A stretch of DNA of 63,896 nucleotides, counting the filler, from Bonamia ostreae (lineage: Eukaryota), in assembly GCA_040357525.1 (NCBI GenBank). It is 55 parts of 55 records of this genome, joined end to end, with 100 filler letters (N's around TTAATTAATTAA, not from the genome) between each part and the next. Parts side by side here need not be neighbours in the genome. Positions count along the whole stretch, not along the records: positions 1 to 1,074 come from JBDODL010002805.1; positions 1,175 to 2,247 come from JBDODL010002806.1; positions 2,348 to 3,420 come from JBDODL010002807.1; positions 3,521 to 4,593 come from JBDODL010002808.1; positions 4,694 to 5,766 come from JBDODL010002809.1; positions 5,867 to 6,938 come from JBDODL010002810.1; positions 7,039 to 8,110 come from JBDODL010002811.1; positions 8,211 to 9,281 come from JBDODL010002812.1; 47 more parts are not named here. The stretch is one strand, 5' to 3'. The notes beneath the pieces were generated by a model. The model worked only from the letters and a program-made list of their open reading frames with translations, was not told the DNA's origin and did no database searches. The translations under genes and the position numbers were made by a program. Position 1 is the first letter of the stretch. Every line of letters starts with the position of its first letter. Below are positions 1 to 12,944 of this stretch, piece by piece.

Positions 1-205
1 CCGACGACAGGTCCGATCCAGGATGCTCTCGAAGCGCGTCCGAAAACGTTGCGTTTTGTTTTTGTCTTTTTTAACGTTTTGTAAATGATAGACATTTATT
101 ATTATTATATGGTTTGGTATAAAACGGGATTTATGTCTGGACCTCCAATACATTTATTTGTCCGGTGCTAACTGGGCCTCCGCCCCTTATAGCACCATCC
201 TCCGT

Positions 206-1074
206 TTACGTCTTCGCAGCTTCTCTTCTCCTTATGGTCTCCCATATAAAGGAGTGTAGTCTTCGAGGATGTTCTTCGATCAGTTTCACTCTTTCGCCTA
301 GGTCGCTGATTATTTCTCTCCCTAGGTACCTTTTCCTTAGTGACCCTGATCTGCTGCATTCGAACACGCCGTGAACTGAGGTGCCTTTCACGTGACATGT
401 TCGGCAATTTTCATCTTGACTTTTTCGCAGACGGCTTTCGATTTTCTCAAATGGGAGTGTATCTAGAATTAAGTTAGAAATCGTCATTTCTAACTTTCTA
501 ACGCCATTCGTCTTGTAGAGTTTGTTTTTGCTGCTTGCCAATCTGCGCAATAGCTCGCGTTTGTTTTTCGAGGCTAGGTCTTCAATTGTATTTCGCCTCT
601 CTATCTCTGTCATCTGCTTCTCGCAAAATTCAGCGTTGTAATCTGACAGCTCTTCGTTGTATTGGTTGCCAGTCGCTTTCAGTACTATTTTTCTCGCGGC
701 TTCATTTGAGTCCTCCTTGCTGCAGTATTTCGCCCCTCTGTGTTTTTTGACCTCGTTGAAAATATTGGGGCTTCTATGGGCAAGTCCTGCAAGGAATTTG
801 AGAGTCTTCAGAGCCCATCTCTTCTTTAGGCTCGTAAACGAGGTTAGAATTTGACACTCGTTTCTTGCGCATGTTCTGGCAACACCAATAGCGTTTGTCA
901 AAGCTCTGTGTTCTGCCGCTTCGAGTTTTTTGAGGTTGTATGGTGAGCTTCCAATAAGAATTTCAGCTGCGTAATCTATCGCGGCGAGGCAATGAGATTT
1001 TGTTAAAGCTAGAATTATTCTGGTATTCAGCATTTCGTAGCTTCTGGCAAAGTAGTGCAAGCACGCTGTTTTTC
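206..1074 (-). mobile_element. 3' end of a non-LTR retrotransposon ORF2 (region after the RT core plus C-terminal CCHC zinc knuckle)
   Basis: Uninterrupted ORF of 284+ aa; IDYAAEIL..KKLEAAEHRALTNAIG resembles the post-RT region; C-terminal CRTC-x8-HGVFEC (C-x2-C-x8-H-x4-C) is typical of LINE ORF2. Confidence 0.75.
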
Positions 1075-1174
1075 NNNNNNNNNNNNNNNNNNNNNNNNNN
1101 NNNNNNNNNNNNNNNNNNTTAATTAATTAANNNNNNNNNNNNNNNNNNNNNNNNNNNNNNNNNNNNNNNNNNNN
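1075..1174. other. Artificial contig linker (first of 54): N44-TTAATTAATTAA-N44
   Basis: Identical 100-nt spacer about every 1.16 kb; TTAATTAATTAA puts a stop in all six frames; contig lengths fall from 1074 to 1055 nt. Confidence 0.99.
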
Positions 1175-1489
1175 CTGTTCCTTTCAATAGGATGTTCAGG
1201 ACAAACCAACAGGTGATTATATTTTATTATTTCTGTAAATGAACATGTTTACCGTCATTCAGATATCTTGGAATCTTTAACTGTAATCAGATGTAATTGG
1301 TCACTGATTTTTTAATTAATGTACAAATCAGTAGCAGTCATGAGAACAATTGGTTACTTGTAATTTCATTAATTCAATTAAAAATAGAAAATTAACTGTA
1401 ATCTTTATTATGTTCTTACTATCTTTCATTACGTATACAATCGCAATTTGATTATCAAAGAATCTGAATGTTTTGTTCGTTCCCACTTC

Positions 1490-1830
1490 TCTAAGATTTT
1501 GAAATCGTTATCCCATCCAGCTAAAATTTTGAAATTGTTACCCCATATAGCTAAAATTATAATACTTTTTTATTTCCACATAGCTACAATTCTGATATTG
1601 TTATCTCCACCTCGCTAAAGTTCTGAACTGGTTACTTCAATTTAGCTAAATTTCTCAATTTGTTATCCACAGAGCTAAACTTTTGCAATTGTTTTTTTCT
1701 TCACATAAACAAAAGTTATTTCCATTTACTTAAAATTCCGATTTCCTTATCACATATAGCTGATACTTTTTTTATTCCACATACCAACAATTCTGAAATT
1801 GATATTCTCCCTTATCAAATATTGTGATTT
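1490..1830. repeat. Degenerate ~40-bp minisatellite (host-type)
   Basis: Recurring gctaaaattttgaaattgttatccca-like units. Confidence 0.5.
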
Positions 1831-4089
1831 TTACCCCTGAGTGCATGGTCCTATTGAATTGTGTCAGTTTTACACTAAGTGTCCGTTATTACCAGCCGAG
1901 TCTTTGGAATATCAATAATATATATTTCATATTCCAATTTCATGAAGTAATCATTTCAAGATTATTGATATTAATTTTTGAAATTGTATAACTTTAATTT
2001 TGTTTTTGAGGTTATTACCTGTGGTTCTCACAGAAATTCCAACTAATTTCTAGTCTTCCTATTTTCATCCAATCAATATTTAGTTGATTCTACTTTCAGA
2101 AAATCAATGTTTATTCCATTTTACCTTCACCATATTTAATTGTAACAAACTACCAGCATTGTATCAAAGGACAGAATATACATTGTATGTCACCTGTAAT
2201 TAATTTTCATTGTTCTTTGACATCCGAACCTGTACGCTATTCCCATCNNNNNNNNNNNNNNNNNNNNNNNNNNNNNNNNNNNNNNNNNNNNTTAATTAAT
2301 TAANNNNNNNNNNNNNNNNNNNNNNNNNNNNNNNNNNNNNNNNNNNNTAATAAATGGCGATCTTCTAATAAATGGCGATTGTACATACATGTCTAAAAGT
2401 TTTTGCAAGTAATATGCATGAAGTAGGTGCTTAACAGAATGGAAAGGTTATACACTGTGTCTTAAATTTTCTCTGATACAGTACATATATATATATATAT
2501 ATACATGTTGGTCTGTTTGATCTCCCTCAATGCAGGTGAGCTATAACCAAGCAAATAGTCTTTTTACCTCCATCTAATTACTGTATACTGTCTAATACAT
2601 CTCCAGAGAGGAATAATACATAATCATTTTCATGTTCTTGTGATTTGCTTACTCTCCACAACAAATAAATATTACACATTCTTTCTAAGCATAATTCATT
2701 TAACAGTTGACACTGCTTCTCACTTTTGTAAAAAGTCAAAGCTTAAAAATATGACAATTTAACAACAAACCATTCTACACTTTCCCAACATGAAAAGGTT
2801 CTAAATACATATGTATCTTTTACAATATTACCGTTTTAGTAAAAAATAATCAGAAAATATTCAATGACAAATCTGTTTACAAATGATAAAGGACATATAC
2901 ACTTTGTCTGCTATCTAAAATTCAAAAAAATGTTTGTAGCATTACAAGTGCATAGAATTTTTATAAAATGCAATGAAAAGGTTATTGACTAAATATCAGA
3001 AAATATGCTCATCCTTGATTGCTACATGGAAATAGACCTTACAAGGTAAAGTGAGCATATTTCTTGACATTCATCATTAACCTATAAATAACCTTTAAAT
3101 AATATTGTAATCAATACAATGCAAAGGGATATACAGTGAGCCAATGCTCAAATGAATTGCATACATTCATACATAAACACCTTGCATACTGTTGACATGT
3201 AAAGCTTGAGAAGAGCAATGAGAAGATGGGATTTTATCAATCAAACATCACTCAGTGGTTTTGCATGCACATACACAAAATTTTGTACTTTTTCCAACCC
3301 CATTCATGCTGTTTTACCTGTACATTAATATTCAAACTGACTGTACAGATTTTCAGGTGTAGTACTATAAATTCAGTCTAACAGTCAATTCACTCCAATC
3401 ATAGTCCATATACAAAACACNNNNNNNNNNNNNNNNNNNNNNNNNNNNNNNNNNNNNNNNNNNNTTAATTAATTAANNNNNNNNNNNNNNNNNNNNNNNN
3501 NNNNNNNNNNNNNNNNNNNNAATCTATGATGAACCTAAACCTAGTCTGCGGAGAAATTGTTCGTTTAAATGTGTGATTTAAAACTTCGTAAATGTTTATT
3601 ATAAAAAAAGATATACAATCATTATCGTACAGTATTATTCTAAAGTTGAAAATTACATGTACTGACGTCAGTCTATGAATTTTAATAATAAGATATAAGA
3701 ACAACACTTTTAGAACCTATGTAACAAGAGTAATATGGTTATTTTTGTAATAAAGACACTGAATTCCTAGCAGTATCTAGGACGGAGGAATTAAACATGT
3801 ACTAGTACATGTGAACCTCGATCTGACCACAGCCTGCAATATTAAAGTTGAACCCCACTGGACTTCCAATATTTGAAATAAGTTTTCCATTGTCTTTAAA
3901 ACTGAAAATATTATGGTATAAATGAAATGCAACATTAACGCGAATATGGTGAATCCTGTACGAAAACATAAAAGCTGCACCAAGCATGTTCAGTTTGGTG
4001 TTGCGGCCACACACTACACACAACAAAGGTACGGTATATGTAAGTGACATCGATGTAGTTTTGATTTCATTTTTTTCTTTTAAATGCAG

Positions 4090-4197
4090 GAAATTGTTTG
4101 GAAGTTTCGGATAAAGGATTTCTGATTTACTCGAGCTGTCAGAACTTCACAGAAGGATGCCCTTCAGAAAAGTACAACACGTCTGATATGTATAATT
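4090..4197 (+). CDS. Animal (oyster-type) internal exon of a Cys-rich uncharacterised protein
   Basis: tttaaatgcag acceptor and gtaagt donor; GNCLEVSDKGFLIYSSCQNFTEGCPSEKYNTSDMYN resembles an expanded bivalve family (from recall, not searched). Confidence 0.5.
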
Positions 4198-4753
4198 GTA
4201 AGTTTATTAAATATTATCATAAACATGAGTGGTAGTTACATATTTGTAAACGTGTTTTCAAAAGCATTGATATTCACTCCTTTGAAATTGAAATTACTTC
4301 TAAACATCAATACATCAACCTGTCCTCTTAGCTTCTATTCAGTAACACATCAGTCACTTTCTGTCCTGAAACGATATAAATATTTTCAATTCAGACAGAA
4401 CGTATAATAAAATATCATCCATTTGCAACGTCGGTGAGAAATGTCATCTTTCATATGTCAATCATATAGTGATCCCATCATTCATGAAATAAATTGCGTT
4501 TATTTTTAAAAAGTGTTGTAAATGTTATCTAGAGGGTCTCAAATAGGGTGGAATGTATTAAACTTAAAATTCTTTCATATAATCCTAGACACANNNNNNN
4601 NNNNNNNNNNNNNNNNNNNNNNNNNNNNNNNNNNNNNTTAATTAATTAANNNNNNNNNNNNNNNNNNNNNNNNNNNNNNNNNNNNNNNNNNNNACTTATT
4701 ATTTGTTTTAGGTTTTATTTCTATAAAATATATAATAAACAAAATTATCAAAG

Positions 4754-5626
4754 ACACCGGAAAGAAAATTTAACGAAAAAGGACCTTTAGATTTAAGACT
4801 GGGGACATCGCTAAAAGCAAATTTGTGCACAACTTGCGGATTTGATTTGGCAGAATGTGTTGGTCATTTCGGTCATATCGATTTGCCATTACCAGTTTAT
4901 CACGTCGGATACTTTAAAACAGTTTTACCTTTTCACCAAAATCTGAAAAATGTAGACTCTTCGGATTTACTCCAGTATTTGCAAAACTTGCAGTCGAGTG
5001 CTTTTGACGCCGAAAGAAAAAGACAAATATAAAAAAGAGCTAAAGTTTTTCTGAATAAATATAAAAGGGAGAATAAGTTACTTGGAAAATATAAAGTGAG
5101 AAAACTGGTCAAGGAAATTTCTTCAAAATGCGCAAAAGTCGTTATTTGTTATTTTTGCGGTAACAAAAACGGTTCGGCCATAAAAGCGCCAAAATATTAT
5201 GGGATTCTGCATCGCAGAAACCGCCGCAAAAAACTTTCCGATAACGAAGTTAAAACATTTCAAACTTTTTAGATCGACTTGCAAGATTTCAAAAAATCAA
5301 TCGAAATGAATCCCGAGCTTCAAAAATATATTAAGAGTGGGACAGAAAATCCGAATCCGTTAGATATTTTAAATTTGTTTAAACGAGTGCCCTCTTACGA
5401 TTTGGAATATCTGAATATAGATGCGAACCGCCCGGAAGGTTTCGAGCTAAATTTTCGATTAGATTTGCTTATAAGAAAGCTCTTGGTGCCGCCGTCATGT
5501 ATGAGACCAACTGTGAATGTGGATGACTCAAGATCTCAAGAAGATGACTTGACTGTAAAGATTAGGGAGTTGGTCAAAATCAGCAATACAATAAAGCAAA
5601 ACATGATAAAAGGAAATATAACAGCT
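4754..5626 (+). CDS. RPC1: RNA polymerase III largest subunit, N-terminal fragment (protist)
   Basis: Spliced: [98 protein letters not shown] introns 4922-4955 (34 nt), 5045-5067 (23), 5249-5272 (24), 5439-5462 (24); the next intron opens near 5627. Confidence 0.92.
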
Positions 5627-5640
5627 GTTTTAACTTTTAG

Positions 5641-5766
5641 AAATTTTTTTGCGATTTTTTTAAATTGTCAAAACGATAAAATTGCAAATTTTTTTGCGAT
5701 TTTTTTAAAATGGTCAAAACGATAAAATTGCAAATTTTTGTAGTGATTTTTTAAAATTGCCAAAAC
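5641..5766. repeat. Intronic minisatellite, ~45-bp unit x ~2.8, truncated by contig end
   Basis: aaatttttttgcgatttttttaaattgtcaaaacgataaaattgc repeated right after the RPC1 donor. Confidence 0.85.
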
Positions 5767-5939
5767 NNNNNNNNNNNNNNNNNNNNNNNNNNNNNNNNNN
5801 NNNNNNNNNNTTAATTAATTAANNNNNNNNNNNNNNNNNNNNNNNNNNNNNNNNNNNNNNNNNNNNTTTTGACATCTTTAAAAATCTTGACATTTCATAA
5901 ATAAATTTTGGTTAAAAAAAGAACGAAATTCGAAAAAAA

Positions 5940-6938
5940 ATGAAGAACGCTGTAGAAATAATCCAAGGACCTCCCGGAACCGGCAAATCAACGATAATTT
6001 CAAGCATAATTAGAAACGATCTAGATTACAAAACATCGAGAAAAAAAGTCATTGTCACTTTTTTGAAAAACAAAGCGATGGAATCCATTATCGAAAAATT
6101 GACAAATCACAAAATTCTCGTTTTCGGAGCCCACAATAAACTTCCTCCGCTGTGTCTTCAACACGAGATTTATAGAAAAATCGATACTAATGAACAAATC
6201 AATAAACTCAGAAAAGAATTTAAACTTTTTCGGGAGAAAATTTTGGTCAAAATTTCAAATTTGGAAGAAAAGATGAACGAAGAAGAAACGGAACCACTAA
6301 AAAAAGAAATAAAGTCGACCAAAAAATCGTTGTCCGATCGAAAAGCAAATTTAGAAAGACGAGTCCAAATGGAAATTCGCCGCGAAATAGAGTCCGCGGA
6401 TGTCATTTTGTCAACCATTTCTTCCTTGGCAAAAATCATTAATGCCGCAAACAAATCCAGCGCCAATTTGAAAGTGCACACCGCGATTTTAGACGAAGCG
6501 GGATGTGTTGAAGAGATATCAACGTTCGCAATTTTCAACTTACTCCCCGATAATGTCATCTTGATCGGCGACCATTTGCAGTTGCGGCCGTTGTATTTTA
6601 ACCAAGAACAAAACTACGCGATGACATCGAAAAAGAGTTTAATGGAACGGGCCATTGAAGCAGGTTGCAAACATTCGACGTTGGACATTCAATACAGAAT
6701 GCACAAAGACATAATGACGTTAGTGTCAAATTTGTTTTATGGCGGGAAATTGAAGATGGGCGACATTGTGAGAGAAAGGAAAAATGGCGTGTTGTGGAAG
6801 GACGTGAACAGTATTGAAAAAGTTGAGAAAGATGGAATGTATTTCAACGATGGCGAGATTGAGGAGTGTGTTCGAATTTATGAAAGAGAAAGGAATTTTG
6901 ATTCGACGCAAACGATTATGATCATTGTTTTCGGATAA
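5940..6938 (+). CDS. Superfamily-1 helicase, Upf1/Sen1/DNA2-like family (partial)
   Basis: IQGPPGTGKS (Walker A), ILDEAG, IGDHLQL, SLMER, LDIQYRMH, FYGGKL and FNDGE motifs in the expected order. Confidence 0.9.
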   Translation: MKNAVEIIQGPPGTGKSTIISSIIRNDLDYKTSRKKVIVTFLKNKAMESIIEKLTNHKILVFGAHNKLPPLCLQHEIYRKIDTNEQINKLRKEFKLFREKILVKISNLEEKMNEEETEPLKKEIKSTKKSLSDRKANLERRVQMEIRREIESADVILSTISSLAKIINAANKSSANLKVHTAILDEAGCVEEISTFAIFNLLPDNVILIGDHLQLRPLYFNQEQNYAMTSKKSLMERAIEAGCKHSTLDIQYRMHKDIMTLVSNLFYGGKLKMGDIVRERKNGVLWKDVNSIEKVEKDGMYFNDGEIEECVRIYERERNFDSTQTIMIIVFG

Positions 6939-7040
6939 NNNNNNNNNNNNNNNNNNNNNNNNNNNNNNNNNNNNNNNNNNNNTTAATTAATTAANNNNNN
7001 NNNNNNNNNNNNNNNNNNNNNNNNNNNNNNNNNNNNNNTT

Positions 7041-7490
7041 TTGGTGCTCCTGTTTTTCTTCATCGTAAAAATATCTTTGCTGGCAGTTATTTTTATGGTC
7101 AGAAAGCGATATCAAAGAACTTATAACATCGTTATGATATATTTGTGCTCGTTTTATGTCGTTGGAATGTTTGTCAACGTAGTTTTTCGCATCCTAAAAA
7201 ATAAAAAAGTGGACGAGCACAGTTTTTTAGATTTCTTGTTGGATGTCATCGAAATGGTAGCTTTGTTGGTCCCTCTTTATATATCCTTTTACGCGTATTC
7301 AAAAAGCTTTAAAATATGTTTTGGAATGAAGAAAATATCGAACAATTTTGACGAAAAATTTTTCAAAAACGGTAAATTTTTCTAAATGTGTCAGTTTTGG
7401 CGTTAATTGTTATTTTTGTTTCTATTTCGAGATATTTACTGGATTTTAATGTTTTTTACAATTTTTGCATTTTTTTTAATGAAAAATTAA
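7041..7490 (+). CDS. Multi-pass membrane protein fragment (protist, hypothetical)
   Basis: Several hydrophobic segments; a 23-nt intron at 7372-7394 extends the frame into another hydrophobic segment. The 3' end is uncertain. Confidence 0.5.
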
Positions 7491-7793
7491 CCAAATTTGT
7501 CTTTTTTATTAAAATCTAATTATTTAGTTCTAATTTTTTTCATTAAATATTAAATTTTTATCCGTTAAAAATGATAATTTGTAATATTAAAATTTTAAAG
7601 AAAGGATTTGAATGTTTCATCTTGAAAGATCGAGTTGTTTACGCTTTAATCTCAATTTCTATAATCATTTTATATTATTCAATGATTTATTTTATAGTTT
7701 AAATAACTTTCATTTTTATGATGATTAAATCTGNNNNNNNNNNTCCAAATTTTTACGAAGAAAAAATCAACAAAAAGATTATTCTATTTAATC

Positions 7794-8110
7794 TTATTTT
7801 AGAGTTTTCAAGAAAGCTATAAGATCTCGTCTTTCAGCTGGTTTCTTCAGACCCGGAAAAACCATTTTAGTTCCCGGAACGACTTTTCTGGGATCTTTCA
7901 GATAAACGTTGAGCACTTTTGGTGTCCATTTTTTGTTATATTTCTTGTTGGCGTCTGTGTAAGAATAACCGGGCGATGTGCCACAGAGTCTGTCGACAAT
8001 ATTGAAAAGATTGGGACCGGTGGAATGGGGTTTTCCGTCTTCGTAAGTATGGCATTGTGCGCATCTTTTCGCATTTTTACAAACAAAACTTTTTTATAAA
8101 AATCTTTTTG
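7794..8110 (-). CDS. CYCS: Mitochondrial cytochrome c (5'-partial); missed by the ORF track
   Basis: KKIFIKK|CAQCHTYEDGKPHSTGPNLFNIVDRLCGTSPGYSYTDANKKYNKKWTPKVLNVYLKDPRKVVPGTKMVFPGLKKPAERRDLIAFLKTLK*. Has CXXCH, GPNL and GTKM; 25-nt intron at 8065-8089. Confidence 0.97.
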
Positions 8111-10552
8111 NNNNNNNNNNNNNNNNNNNNNNNNNNNNNNNNNNNNNNNNNNNNTTAATTAATTAANNNNNNNNNNNNNNNNNNNNNNNNNNNNNNNNNN
8201 NNNNNNNNNNAATTAGGTAAACCAGGTAGATGTACTTATATACACCTGTCTTTAGATATGTCTGTCTATACGTGATTCATCATTTTCGCGTTGTGGTCAT
8301 ATACTGTGGGGTCTTTGACTATCAATCTTGTCAGCTGATGCATCTTTCTCGGACAATTGCGTCGTGACCCGAGGATAGTGACCACCGTAGCCTCCTATGT
8401 CTACACATACTCAGATAGTGTTCATATTTTATATCGCATTCGGAGAGGCCTAGGATATCACACTTAATTGAGTGATGCATATTTGAGGGGAGGTGCATTG
8501 CGAACAAAAGAGGGTCGAAGTAGATTTATAGATATGCATAGTCAAAATGTGTCTGAATAATATCTTGCATACTAACTCAATCCAGCCTGGCCTGCTGATA
8601 AATCTTGCACATGTAGTTCAAGATGGGCATAGTATGTAATTAGTGAGCATTCTAGTAGCATTCCTTGTATGAATGATATTTTAATCAATATTCGTAGGAC
8701 CACTGATGCCCTTGCAAACCAGTCATATGTGTTGTTTGATTAAAAATGAAAAAAAAAATCTACACGTACATGTGATATTCCTTATTCATTTGATCAAATA
8801 TACTATATCAAGCATTACGATACTTTGATGCATGTGCTCTATTTGTATCATTTGAAATAATCTAAATAGTTACTTAAGAAGAAAACAATTACAGTCCTGT
8901 TTGTTATAATTTCTTCGATAACATTGTCATGAATGTTTGTTGAATAAAAAAATGTGTCAAAATGCGTCGATTTGGGCTAATATCAAAGATCTACTAATTC
9001 TATCGATAACAAAATGCATAGAACAGTCACTTCATGAATATGGTACATTGTGTAAATTAACGAAGTTTTATATACAAGAGAAATATTAAATGACAAGATA
9101 TCCATGGGCCTTAAAGCTCACCCAAGTCACCTTGTCCCTGCTATTGTTCACCTGCTGTGTTGTTAAACGATTTCTTTATCAGTCCTTATTCCCTATGAAA
9201 ATGTTGATCCAATTTTGTGCCCCCATCTTAGATCCCCAAAAATCTCACTGAAATGAACCCACATAACACAGAGATGCATCANNNNNNNNNNNNNNNNNNN
9301 NNNNNNNNNNNNNNNNNNNNNNNNNTTAATTAATTAANNNNNNNNNNNNNNNNNNNNNNNNNNNNNNNNNNNNNNNNNNNNAGTGTAATGAGGTACCTTA
9401 AATCGTCATGGGTGGAGCTGCCATGGCATAGCGCTAACACACTCCAATGCAATAATCCATATAAAAATTTTTTATTATAAGCTCGCTAATTCCTTCATTC
9501 GGACTCAAAGGATCGCAACTATTCGTGCTCAATTACATACAGTCGAAAGAACAATTTGAATGCAAATTCAAATCAAGTCGCCAATACCAATCCGTCTGAG
9601 AAAGACTATCTTAAAATGTTCCTAAAATCTATTATTATCTTAAAAATCTTTAGTTGTCATTTTGTGAATTCGCATCAACACCCATACACCCCGTGAATTA
9701 TATTTACATAGGATATCGAACATGGGTTGCATTCAATGTACAAAAAGGGTATGTCGTTTTACGATTTGGTGATATTTAGCCATATATCGGGGAAAGGTAT
9801 TCGAATCTGTAATCTTATCAATCTTATCATACATCCATTTACGATAGCTCCAAATTCTATTTGATGAAAAAGGGATATATCAGATTGATGGTTATGTTCC
9901 TATATAGTACCAAATACATAGAAATTTACAAAAACAGAGAATAATTTATCATACACCCCCGAAGGAGGTATATCAATCTTATTATTGAAGAGTTTGTTCG
10001 ACTTAAGAAAATTAAAACCTCCTAGCTGTAGAACTATATATATATAGCTCCCTGATTTAAAGAATCTTTCTGATGACCGCACCGAACCGTGACAAAGTTA
10101 TTATAACCTGTAAATGTCGAAAACAACACATTTTTCGCAATGTTTTGATCTAATATTTTGTATTTTGACACTCAACACTGCCTCAAGATTTATCGATTTT
10201 ACACAGAATTTCACAGCTTGCTTGTGTGGTAATTTGGGTTAAACGAATACCCTTTGACAACTTGGTCAAACAAATCAATGGAAATAAACCCAGTCTTCTT
10301 TGCTATGGTTGTTGTTACTACGAACTCGAACTTCTTTAATATATATACCGCCGCGGTAGTCTAGGCGCCGAGTAAATGCATAATTTTGAAACCCTCCACC
10401 GGCCTCGGTGACGTCTTTGTGTGTATGTGTGTGAAATTACATCGACTTAGATNNNNNNNNNNNNNNNNNNNNNNNNNNNNNNNNNNNNNNNNNNNNTTAA
10501 TTAATTAANNNNNNNNNNNNNNNNNNNNNNNNNNNNNNNNNNNNNNNNNNNN

Positions 10553-11623
10553 AATACTGCACAAGTTGAGTCGACACGATTAAATAAGGAATTAGAAGGC
10601 GCTAAGAGATCCAATGCAAATAGTGCTAGAGAATTACAGAAACGTAAAGATAAAGTGTCAGAATTGGAGAATCGCTCGGGGAAATTTATAGAACAAGCGG
10701 AAACTTTAAACAATAATTTAACTTCCACTAGAGAGGCATTAAACACTGAGCGTGGAAAAAATAAAACCCTTACAGAGGCATTGGATAAATTGAAAGCCGA
10801 TATTGAGCAACTTGATAACCATTATAATGAGTCGGAATGCAAATTGGGTATCGCTAATGAAAAACTGGCACTGTCGCATGCTGACATACTAAATCGTGAC
10901 GCGCAAATTATGCAAAAGGAGGGCGAATTAGCGGACGCTATAAGCCAATTTACACATAAAGATACCGAATATCAAGAGACTGTAAAGACACTTGGTACGA
11001 CGGAAAAAGCACTTACCGAATCTGAAAAGACTGTATCGGAATTGAAAGATGCATTACAAGCGACTAAACAAGAGCTGAGTACAACTACAAACATCATGAA
11101 TGAAATGGATGTCAATTTAAAATCTTTGCAAAAGACCATTGATGAGAAGACAGAACTAGCATCGATGACGAATGGCACCTTAACAGACCATGAAAAACGT
11201 ATCGCAATGTTACGCACCGAGTTGGATGGGGCTACCAAGACGAGTGATCGATTGAAAATTGAAAAGCAACAATTACAAGAAAGCAATGGGAAGCTATCTA
11301 CCCAAATAAAGAATTGCGAAAAAAATATTGAAAGACTTCAAGAGGAAAAAACTAAGTGTGAAGAAACTATTGGACGCTTGACGACGGATATTAAAGTACG
11401 GACTGATACGTTAGAGAAGCACAAAAATGAGTATCTTGCCAAATTCGATGCATTACAAAAAGAACTGGCTGCTATCCAACGACAATACACTACATCTCAA
11501 GAATCTGTTACTACATTAAATCAAAATATTGCACAACGTAACGAACAAATTAACAAATTGGATCAAGACAATGGTGCGTTAAAAACTCAACTTGACAATC
11601 TCCGAAATCAACTTTGTACATCG
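10553..11623 (+). CDS. Long coiled-coil protein fragment, origin unknown
   Basis: Frame open across the whole contig (about 357 codons), E/K/L/T/N-rich with heptad character, no introns. Confidence 0.7.
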
Positions 11624-12944
11624 NNNNNNNNNNNNNNNNNNNNNNNNNNNNNNNNNNNNNNNNNNNNTTAATTAATTAANNNNNNNNNNNNNNNNNNNNN
11701 NNNNNNNNNNNNNNNNNNNNNNNCAGATGGATAAATGGTACGTACTTTATACAAATCACCATTCAAGGAAAACGAAACCAATGCATAACTGACTGTTTTG
11801 TATCTTATAAATGCATTATGAAGAATTTGATACTTATTGATTGATTTAAACCTGATTATCTTCTGTGAAGAATATCTGACAAGGAATTATGAATTTCAAA
11901 AATTCAGTATTTACAAGTGGCATTGGACACAACTCCTTTTCTGTCCAGCTGCTTCTTATCGTTTTCTCTCGCCATCTTCTCCTCCTCTGGGGCATTTTTG
12001 TAGTGTGCTGATGTAGTTAGTTCTGTAAATTGAAAATCTTAATCATTTTCTATCGCAAATATCATTTACTTATGGTGCTACCATAGAAACGTTCAGAACA
12101 ATGCAATCAATGGTTTTTTGCATATTTATATCTAATAAACATAGATTATAAAACATTTGTTTATCTTAATATGACATACCTGTTTTAACTCCAATCTCAC
12201 TGACTTGGACTACAAACAGATATTAGGCTATATCTATTTATCTATCTGTGTATATTGATTGACGTCTTCATATGAGTAATTAATTCTCGAGAGGGNNNNN
12301 NNNNNAACAAGATACAATCAATCATGCAATCCTGTGCTACAACGTTCATCCGTGTCAAATATACATTGCGATTGTAGAGCTAACTATTGGTGCATTGCAC
12401 AACATGATTAACGATTTCGTATCAAGGTGATATTCATGTACATGTCTCATGATGACTATTTATAATTTTCAAAAGGTGGGGTGTATATGTTGTTGGAAAG
12501 AAAAATATATACAAAGACGTATTCAGAAAAATCTTTGATCATTTACGGTAAGCTCACTTTGTACCTCGTCACGATAAACCGATTTGTATCATATTAGAAA
12601 GTCCCCCGCAAATGATCAAAGGCGTAATGTGATTACCTTCGTCAAAATCAGTGTGACAAGAATGGCTGGAATTCAAATTTGCACGGCATATTGCGGACGT
12701 TGTCGAAATGTGCAACATATTTGTATGGAATATGAATGAATAGGTGAAAATAACAAATAGTGATCAATATGATAATTACTTTAAGGAATACAAANNNNNN
12801 NNNNNNNNNNNNNNNNNNNNNNNNNNNNNNNNNNNNNNTTAATTAATTAANNNNNNNNNNNNNNNNNNNNNNNNNNNNNNNNNNNNNNNNNNNNGTAAAT
12901 TTATCATTTGAACTAATAATTTTACTTTGATTTTACTATTCGCC

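Noticed and set aside
7898-8086. 62-aa track ORF
   Set aside because: Wrong frame; the real product on this strand is cytochrome c.
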